From assembly GCF_009914755.1 (NCBI RefSeq), contig NC_060931.1: 64,000 nt of DNA; one strand, 5' to 3'. The position numbers and the translations under genes were made by a program. Positions 53,952-64,000 of the stretch are shown here, piece by piece; the stretch's first letter is position 1; the number at the start of each line of letters is the position of its first letter. The DNA is from the human T2T-CHM13v2.0 reference genome, Homo sapiens. Under the pieces are notes generated by a model. That model ran no database searches, was not told the origin of the DNA, and was given only the letters and a program-made list of their open reading frames with translations.

Positions 53952-54905
53952 CTTTTTTTTTTTTCATTTAAGTTCTGGGATACATGTGCAGAACGTGCAG
54001 GTTTGTTACATAGGTATACATGTGCCATGGTGGTTTGCTGCACCTATCAATCCATCATCTAGATTTTAAGCTCTGCATGCATTAGATATTTGTCCTAATG
54101 CTCTCCCTCCCATTGCCCCCAACCTCCCGACAGGCCCCAGTGTGATGTTTCCCTCCCTGTGTCCATTTGTTCTCATTTTTCATCTCCCACTTATGAGTGA
54201 GAACATGTGTTGTTTGGTTTTCTGTTCCTGTGTTAGTTTGCTGAGAATTATGGCTTCCAGCTTCATCCATGTCCCTGCAAAGGACATGAACTCATTCTTT
54301 TTCATGGCTGCATGGTATTCAATGGTATATATGCCATATTTTCTTTATCCAGTCTATCATTGGTGGGCATTTGGGTTGGTTCCAAGTCTTTGCTATTGTA
54401 AATAATGCTGCAATAAAAGTATGTGTGCATGTGTCTTTATAGTAGAATGGTTTATAGTCCTTTGGGTGTATATCCAGTAATGGGATTGCTGGGTCAAATG
54501 GTATTTCTGGTTCTAGATCTTTGAGGAATCATCACATTGTCTTCCACAATGGTTGAACTAATTTACACTCCCAACAACAGTGTAAAAGCATTCCTGTTTC
54601 TCCACAGCCTCACCAACATCTGTTGTTTCCTGACTTTTTAATGTTTGCCATTCTAACTGGCATGAGATGGTACCCCATTGTGGTTTTGATTTACATTTCC
54701 CTAATGACCAGTAATGATGAGCTTTTTTTCATGTTTATTGGCCACATAAATGTCTTCTTTTGAGAAGTGTCTGTTCATATCCTTTGCCCACTTTTTGATG
54801 TGTTTTTGTTGTTGTTGTAAATTTGTTTAAGTCCCTTGCAGATTCTGGATATCAGAACTTGTCAGATGGGTAGCTTGCAAAAATTTTCTCCCATTCTGTA
54901 GGTTG
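53952..54905 (-). mobile_element. L1PA 3' fragment (~950 bp), antisense
   Basis: Poly-T then gggatacatgtgcagaacgtgcaggtttgttacatagg... through ttctcccattctgtaggttgc. Confidence 0.93.
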
Positions 54906-55853
54906 CAGAACTGGTGTTCTCAACAGTGATGTTAGGGTAAAATGATGGATACTGCTGGGTTTAATAGATTGCCCTAGAAACAGAGACAATGTCTGGCTTC
55001 TTACACACACACACACTTCCTGGTAGAAGTTGGAGCCTGTAGCTCCTTGTCTCTCATACAGAGAGACTGTGACTTTGCCTCTTGTTTTTAAGTTGATAGT
55101 TAATTGTAACTGCAGTATTCTCAGATTCTTTTGTCTATTCACAGAAACTAATTTGCTGCCAGTGATAGGGATGATCCATGATTTCTGAGACATTTACTTC
55201 CATAATTTCACAGTTCTAAGTCTAGAAAAATTATTAGAAGAAAATTATTGGATGGTCTTGGAACCAACCCAAAGAAAAAAACATGTCCTGTGAACAGTAG
55301 GATAGATACTGAATCTAGCTTGTCTCACTTTGGAACTAGTGCTTATAATTTCCCTTGGACTGTATATTTTTGTCCAATCACTACTGTACAGGACATGGGT
55401 TTGGTTTGCTTTTCCCTCCCATGAGCCACTCAATTGCTTTGCTAAAAGCCCCATCAGTTTTCCTTTGGTTTCCTTTGGTACACCAACATCAACACAGAGT
55501 CCACTTGGTTTGGAAGGGGTTGGCCCACACTGTTGGCAGGAGTGGGCACAGAATCCATGCTCATCTAATTGTCCATACCTTCCAACAAGGATTGGTTCAA
55601 GTGATGGGAAGGTGGCCCTTGCCAGGGTGATGAAGTGCATACGACAGACTTTTACTGGCTGTACTGGGAAGCATACATTTTCTTTGGTACTGGAGAATTG
55701 GTAATGACAGTGCCAAATGTTGTTTGTTATTGAAGCTAAGTGAAGGGGCTCTTGAAGGATCCTTATTCAACTTTTGCCTATGTTTAGAAATTTTGTAGTA
55801 AAATTGTAATGGTGTAAGTCTACTATTTATACCTATAGAAGTAAAAGACTTTT

Positions 55854-56148
55854 GCCAGGTGCAGTGGTTCACGCCTGTAATCCCAACACTTTGGCAGGCC
55901 GAGGCGGGTGGATCACGAGGTCAGGAGTTCGAGACCAGCCTGGCCAATATGGTGAAACCACATCTCTACTAAAAAAAATGCAGAATTAGCTGGGTGCAGT
56001 GGCTCATGCCTGTAGTCCCAGCTACTCAGGAGGCTGAGGCAGGAGAATCGCTGGAGGTTGCAGTGAGCTGAGATCGCGCCACTGCACTGTAGCCTGGACA
56101 ATAGAGTGAGACTCCGTCCAAAAAAAAGAAAAAAGAAAAGAAAAAAAG
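55854..56148 (+). mobile_element. Alu (Sg-like) with a small right-arm deletion
   Basis: ggatcacgaggtcaggagttcgag; gagaatcgc joined to tggaggttgcag; TSD agaagta.aagactt. Confidence 0.92.
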
Positions 56149-57439
56149 AGAAGTAGAAGACTTGTTTTTTTTAAGTTTTGAAACAATTTCTTAGGGAGAG
56201 TAGGATTGAAAGAGTAGAGAAACAGGGGAGATAAAGACAGAGTAGGGTTTGGGCAGATTCCTGTTGTTTTTCTTATAAGCTCTTTGTTAGTAATTTAGTA
56301 TTGTATTTCTACCACATATGTTTTCTACCCTATGCAAGCATGACACCTTTTAAACAAGATAGATATAAACTGTATTAAAATTTACAACACAGCTTGCATG
56401 CCAACATAGTCTTCCATGATTTGGTCTCTGCGAGTGTTTCCAGATTTGCCTCCCACCTCTATCCCTTGCTTTCTTTATTCCAGCTGTGATGCACACATTT
56501 CAGCGTGAATGCGGCCCTCCTTCTCATTTCTACAGATTGTTCTGTGCTCCTGGGTCATTCCTTTCTTCCACCTGTCCTTCCCTCCACTTCACAATAGAAT
56601 AGAGAAGTTTCTGATGTTTGGGCTTCCTTTTGGGTAGAACAACAACAAAAGTCAACTAGAAAAATGTCCTTTTTTAGAGTTATATTTTCAGAGTGAGGAC
56701 TCATTTATCATTTATATTTATCATAAGAAATTAAAACATTTTCACTTTTTGTTTTTTCCTGTTAAATCTTTAAGTATCTTTAACCAGGACTTAATTAAAC
56801 TTGAATGGTCTGCAATCTTTTTCAAATGTGAATAATTTCAATGTATATTTTCTCCATTAGCTAAATTTGGTAAAATAGTGTTTAGTGTTGTATTTTTAAT
56901 AAATCAAAACCTGCCCTGTGGAGAAGGGACACACTTTGTGGACGTGCCATTTGGGTCACACACAAAGGTGGGCCACTGGGGTGCCACCACTGAGCCAGCC
57001 AGGATAGCAAGAGCGACATTCTCTAATTCACACAGAGGCATTTTATGAGCTAGTGGTGGCCTTGGAGAAGGGACGGCACTTCTCTATATTACTTTGGATT
57101 GGGGTATCAGTATTTTTAAGGTTTTCTTTTTTTCTTCAGCTCTTAACCCAGAGGTCATTTCCTCGAGCCGTGTCTCTAAGCCTCATGTTCCGATAAAACC
57201 TGTAACTTCCTTTATATATCAGTCATCACATTTGTAATTATTTGTTTAAAATCTCTCTTTCCCACTACATGGAAGCTTCATAGGGGCAGGGACTAGACCT
57301 ACCCTATTCACAGCTGTATCTACAGCCCCAAGGGCAGGGCCTGTCACATATCAGTTTTGGTGTAGGGGTCTATTGTATTAACACATTACTAACAAGAGTG
57401 TATGATAATGGGAGAAGACTAGATGAGGATTTCCAACTA

Positions 57440-57757
<318 letters not shown>

Positions 57758-59373
57758 TCAAGAAAATGGTTTCACTATTCCAGAAAGAAGCTTTAGTGTG
57801 ATTAGAACCATTCTCCTATTTTTAGCTTCTGAAAACAGGCTGCACTGTGAGAGTGAATTTTCCATTAATTCTTATTTCTCCTTTTCCTTGGGACTTGGTC
57901 AGTGAATAGTATAAGCTATTTTCAGGAGTTTCTGTATTTTGGTGAAAAAAGTATTTATCTGACATTTCCTGGGCCCTATTTCTACTACATTTCGATGTCA
58001 ATTCCTCTCCTCTGCTAACATTTCCAGCCAAAGTTAACTACAGTGTAGATACTTTCATTTTGAATTAACATTTTTCCTGTTCTGCCATGTTATTAGGTTC
58101 TGGAACAGGGATATATCCCACAATAACAGTAATGACAAATTAAGACCCCCCTAAAAAAAATTCAAATTATTTTATATGGCCTCCCAGCTCCAAAACAAGG
58201 CAGCTGAGATGCCTATACATGGCACCTTCATACCGGTACATCTATCTGTTAGTCTCCATTTCTGTAGAAGAAAACAAAAAGATGCTATTAGCCCACTTCA
58301 AATTGTTGTTCCACTTTTGAATCTAACCTAGTTTCCTATGATAAGTTATTTCTTCAGGCCCCTAGGCTGTCTTCACCAGAAACTTTGAAATAGAAACCAG
58401 ACCTTTCTGAGTATTGCTCAGGTACATCTCTGATACACTGATTCATCTAAGATCAAAAGTGCCCCCCGCTAATATGGCCTCAGCAGCACGTAGCTAGCAC
58501 ATGAACAGCAGGTCAGCCAAGACGTTAAATGTGGTCAAGGTTTCCAAAGAAGGAGAGCTACTTTTCAGTCAATGCTATCTCCTTATAGGCATGGCATGAT
58601 TGCGTTTCTCAGGATATTATTTTCATGAACTTGTTCCTGCTGCAAGGTCTTTAGTACCATGCCTGGCTTCCATTTTGAAAAGCCTTCTTGTGCAAGATTG
58701 GTGCACTTCCCAGTTCTGGTAGGAGGACAGTTTGGTCCCGTACTCAGCTTGCAGAAGTTCCTACATTTTCTACACACAACTCTTTGTACTGATTCACTTT
58801 TCATTTGGGAAAGCCATGAGAAACTTTTTTCATAAAAAAATATAACCATCATCTCTATAAACTCTTCAAGATGATAAAGGGAGAGAGCATCATTTTGCAA
58901 TGTTAAGCATAGGTTGGGAAAAATGGTGTTGAGAAAAAATTAAGATAGAAATTGTAAACTATCTCTCAAGCTGGAGATCTAGAGAACAAAGAAGTTGAGT
59001 AACAGATGGAGAGAAAAAGTCCTCACCCTGAGGAGTAACCAAGAGCTTACCTGAGGAACAGCTTCCCAGACACCACTTCAAATATCATATTACCTCATAT
59101 CAAGAGGATAAACCCAAAGGCAGCCCAATGGAGCAGTTTGATGAGCCATTTCTGTTTTAAAATTCAATAAGAAAGATCCCTTTGTTTCTTTTTCCTAGGC
59201 TACCAACAAATTTATAAAATGTTCTTGAATGTATTGTCCTTTTCATCAAGAATAATCTGAAAAAAACCCAATCATCTTTATTGTGCAGTACAGATGGAAG
59301 GGGAGAATTAACAACAACAAAGCCACTGCTTTTTATTCCTAGGCCCTTAATAGCCCTAAAACAACTAACTGTC

Positions 59374-59740
59374 TGTATTAGTTCATTTTCACATTGCTAT
59401 GAAGAAATACCCAAGACTGAGTAATTTATAAAGGAAAGACGTTTAGTTGGCTCACAATTTTGCAAGCCTGGGGCAGTCTCAGGAAACTTACAATCATCGC
59501 GAAAAGGAAAGCAAGCATGTCTTACATGGTGGCAGGTGAGTGATGAGAGAGCAAGAGAGAAACTACCAAACACTTAATAAAACATCGGATCTCTTCAGAA
59601 CTCACTCACTATCACGAGAACAGCATGGGGGGGAACTGGCCCCCATGATCCAATCACCTCCAACCAGCTCTCTCCCTCAACACCTAGGTATTACAATTCA
59701 AGGTGATATTTGGGTGGGGACACAAAGCCTGGCCATATCA
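59374..59740 (-). mobile_element. THE1/MST (MaLR) solo LTR
   Basis: tgtattagttcattttcacattgctatgaagaaatacccaagact...atttgggtggggacacaaagcctggccatatca. Confidence 0.88.
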
Positions 59741-60967
59741 CTCTCTGTTGCTAAAAAAGAAAAACTTAGGTGGAGATTTGGAAATTAAAGTCCAGTGTAA
59801 TTGGCCCCACTGTGGAGAACCAAGCCATGCAAGGACACTCACAATGATGAAAAAAAAATTCTCAGCACTTAGGTAAGGCACTCAGTTGGAACAATGCTTT
59901 CCTGGGTCTGCAGACTGGAACCTAAGCAGCTGTGTGCTTCACTTAGATAAATACATATTCAATGCATGAGACTGATTCACCCTCACAAATGATACTTCTT
60001 TTAATAGGATCATGCAGTCTACTCCCAGCCACATAGTTTTTGTCTTAAATAACAAATCATTTGAACAGGTAGTTAAAATGAGGACCATTCAGGTTTGAAT
60101 TAGTAAAGTTACATATGGGAAGATTCCGTGAATTATTGTAGCAGACGGGAGTTATAACAAAAAATATATTGTGCATTTATATAATTTCATAATCCCATTC
60201 AAGCAATGACCCTAAAAATCTATTTTCCAGACCACATTTACTCCCAAGGATATCAGTGTAAGTTAGGTGAATCATCAATAAACCGCTTCTTTTCAGAAAC
60301 TGTTTTAAGTGCTTTTATATTTATTTATGCTCACAACATTCCTACAGAGTAAGTACAATTACACTCTTCATTTTGCTGAGAACTAGTAAGCTGTGAAGCC
60401 ACATTTCCAACCCTAGAAGTTGGAGCCCACACTCTCAGCCAGCATACTGTCCTATGGAGTTACTGGATCTGCCATCGCCTGTAACTCTGCCTGCATTAGA
60501 CTATGTGTCTGAATACTGAATCACAGAGCAAGCAGAGTCCAACTGCCAAAACCAATCAGGTTATTCCTAGTTACACAAAAAGCAGTTACTTTACAGTAAA
60601 GGTCATTCATCCAAGGAACACTTCGCTCAGGATATACAATTGATTTTTTTTCCAATACCAAGACCGTGTCCAACCTAGACTGGAGGGTTTTAAAGATTCT
60701 GCGATTCAAAATAAGAGCTTGATGGAGTCTTAGAGGAAGCAGGTCTTACACTCAAGGTTTTTATCCTTTTTAAGGATGCCCCAACTCCTCTCATTATGTC
60801 TAAAAGCATTGGATAAGGGACCACATACGTTCCCATAGGTTATTAGCTCCAATAGCTGTAAAATCTAAATTCCCAACAAACTGGAGACATTTCAAGAGGC
60901 AGAAATCACCCTAGAATACTTTAGGGAAATAATAATGGTCACTTTTAAGTTTTAAAGAAGTGGGTTT

Positions 60968-61279
60968 TTATTGTTGTTGTTGGTGGTGGTGGTTTTGTTT
61001 GTTTTTGAGATGGAGTCTCGCTCTGTTGCCCAGGCTGGAGTGCAGTCATGAAATCTCAACTCACTGCAATCTCTGCCTTCTGCATTCAAGTGATTCTCCT
61101 GCCTGAGCCTCCCAAATAGCTGGGTCAACAAGTGTTTGCCACCATGCCCAGCTAATTTTTGTATTTTTAGTAGATACAGGGTTTGGCCATGTTGGTCTCG
61201 AACTCCTGCCTCACATGATCCACCTAGCCTCGGCCTCCCAGAGTGCTGGGATTGCCGGCATGAGCAACAGCGACCAGCC
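60968..61279 (-). mobile_element. Alu (older, diverged), antisense
   Basis: gagatggagtctcgctctgttgcccaggctggagtgcag... Confidence 0.9.
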
Positions 61280-61809
61280 TTAAAGATGACCCTACCTTTA
61301 TTTAAAATGACCCTGCTTGTATTTCCTCCCCTGAATGCCTTAAAGTCCCTGACTTATTTGAAAACTTAGTATTTCGAAACAGTTTCAGAAAAAATTAAAG
61401 CCTTAGTGGTTGGTCACACTAAATGGGACCGTCAAAGCTCCTACTGCTCACAAATATTGTTAAAATGGAATAACACGCACTGCTAAAGGGAATTAAAGTC
61501 ACTCCTATCTTGAATGAACCCTCGACATTTTAAGTTCTGTGTCCTCTGCATAGAATCTTTGTTCTTTGTCTCTCCCTTGTGGCCATTTAGAAAACCTTTC
61601 AGCTCCTGATCACCAGTTGAAACAGTGAAATTGTTCCCATTGTGGCAAACACAGTCTCTTGCCGTGGTTTTAATTTAAAAGAGATATTTATGTTACCCTT
61701 CCCATGAAGCAATTGACTGGTCAATATGCTCTCTACTTGTGTTATCCATAAAAATTTCCCAAACCAATTTACTTTTAGTGTCAGAAGATGCAACCCAACA
61801 ATATTCTTT

Positions 61810-63660
<1,851 letters not shown>

Positions 63661-63691
63661 GAGAATTGATTTTTTAAAAATTAGTTTTCCA

Positions 63692-64000
63692 GAGGGGAGG
63701 AGGCAAAGCAAGATAGCGGAATAGAAGGCTCCACTGATAGTCTGCCCTGCCACCACAAGGACACCAGGTTAACAACTATCTACACAGAAAAAATACCTTC
63801 ATACGAACCAAAAATCCGGTGAGCCCTCATAGTACCTGGTTTTAACTTCATATGGCTGAAACAAGCACTGAAGAGATAGAAAAAAAACAGTCCTAAATCA
63901 AGTATGCCACCCCTCCTGCACCCTTCAGCAATCATGGCGTGGTGCAGAGAGCGTCTCTAGGTGCTGGGGAAGGAAGAATACAGCAATTGTGAGGCATTGA
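63692..64000 (+). mobile_element. 5' end of an older L1 (L1M/L1PB-type 5'UTR), runs off the window
   Basis: gcaagatagcggaatagaaggctccactgat...aacaactatctacacagaaaaaataccttcata... Confidence 0.65.

Noticed and set aside
55245-55704. Overlapping 131-aa (-) and 124-aa (+) ORFs in apparently non-repeat sequence
   Set aside because: No recognisable homology or convincing splice signals; a translated search would be needed.
58583-58900. 105-aa Cys-containing minus-strand ORF
   Set aside because: Non-ATG start, no recognisable domain or exon structure.

Overview
Primate, almost certainly human, genomic DNA from the TCAF (FAM115) locus, which established knowledge places at 7q35 in a segmentally duplicated region. 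Two paralogous genes lie head-to-tail on the + strand. (1) The 3' part of a TCAF1 copy: exons at <1-101, 749-988, 2014-2351 and 3825-4075/4079, plus a terminal exon from 7033 that adds only M-P-H-stop and a ~2.7 kb repeat-derived 3'UTR. (2) A complete, frame-intact TCAF2 gene: CpG-island promoter and non-coding first exon near 24.1-24.5 kb, then seven coding exons between 27315 and 52020 that sum to 2760 nt (919 aa + stop). The rest is largely Alu, L1, L2, MIR, LTR and DNA-transposon remnants. Most notable observations: an intact zinc-binding HELGH...E motif in TCAF2 versus HELGR in TCAF1 (possible enzyme/pseudoenzyme pair); inverted Alus tightly flanking the 992-nt TCAF2 exon, whose predicted circle has a 352-aa junction-crossing ORF; several AG|GT acceptors; a 17-bp minisatellite in the promoter; CTCF motifs bracketing TCAF2; several short local duplications in and around TCAF2 intron 2; and a 73-nt hairpin. 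I see no evidence for a wholly new gene system. Which segmental-duplication copy this is cannot be determined from the window alone.
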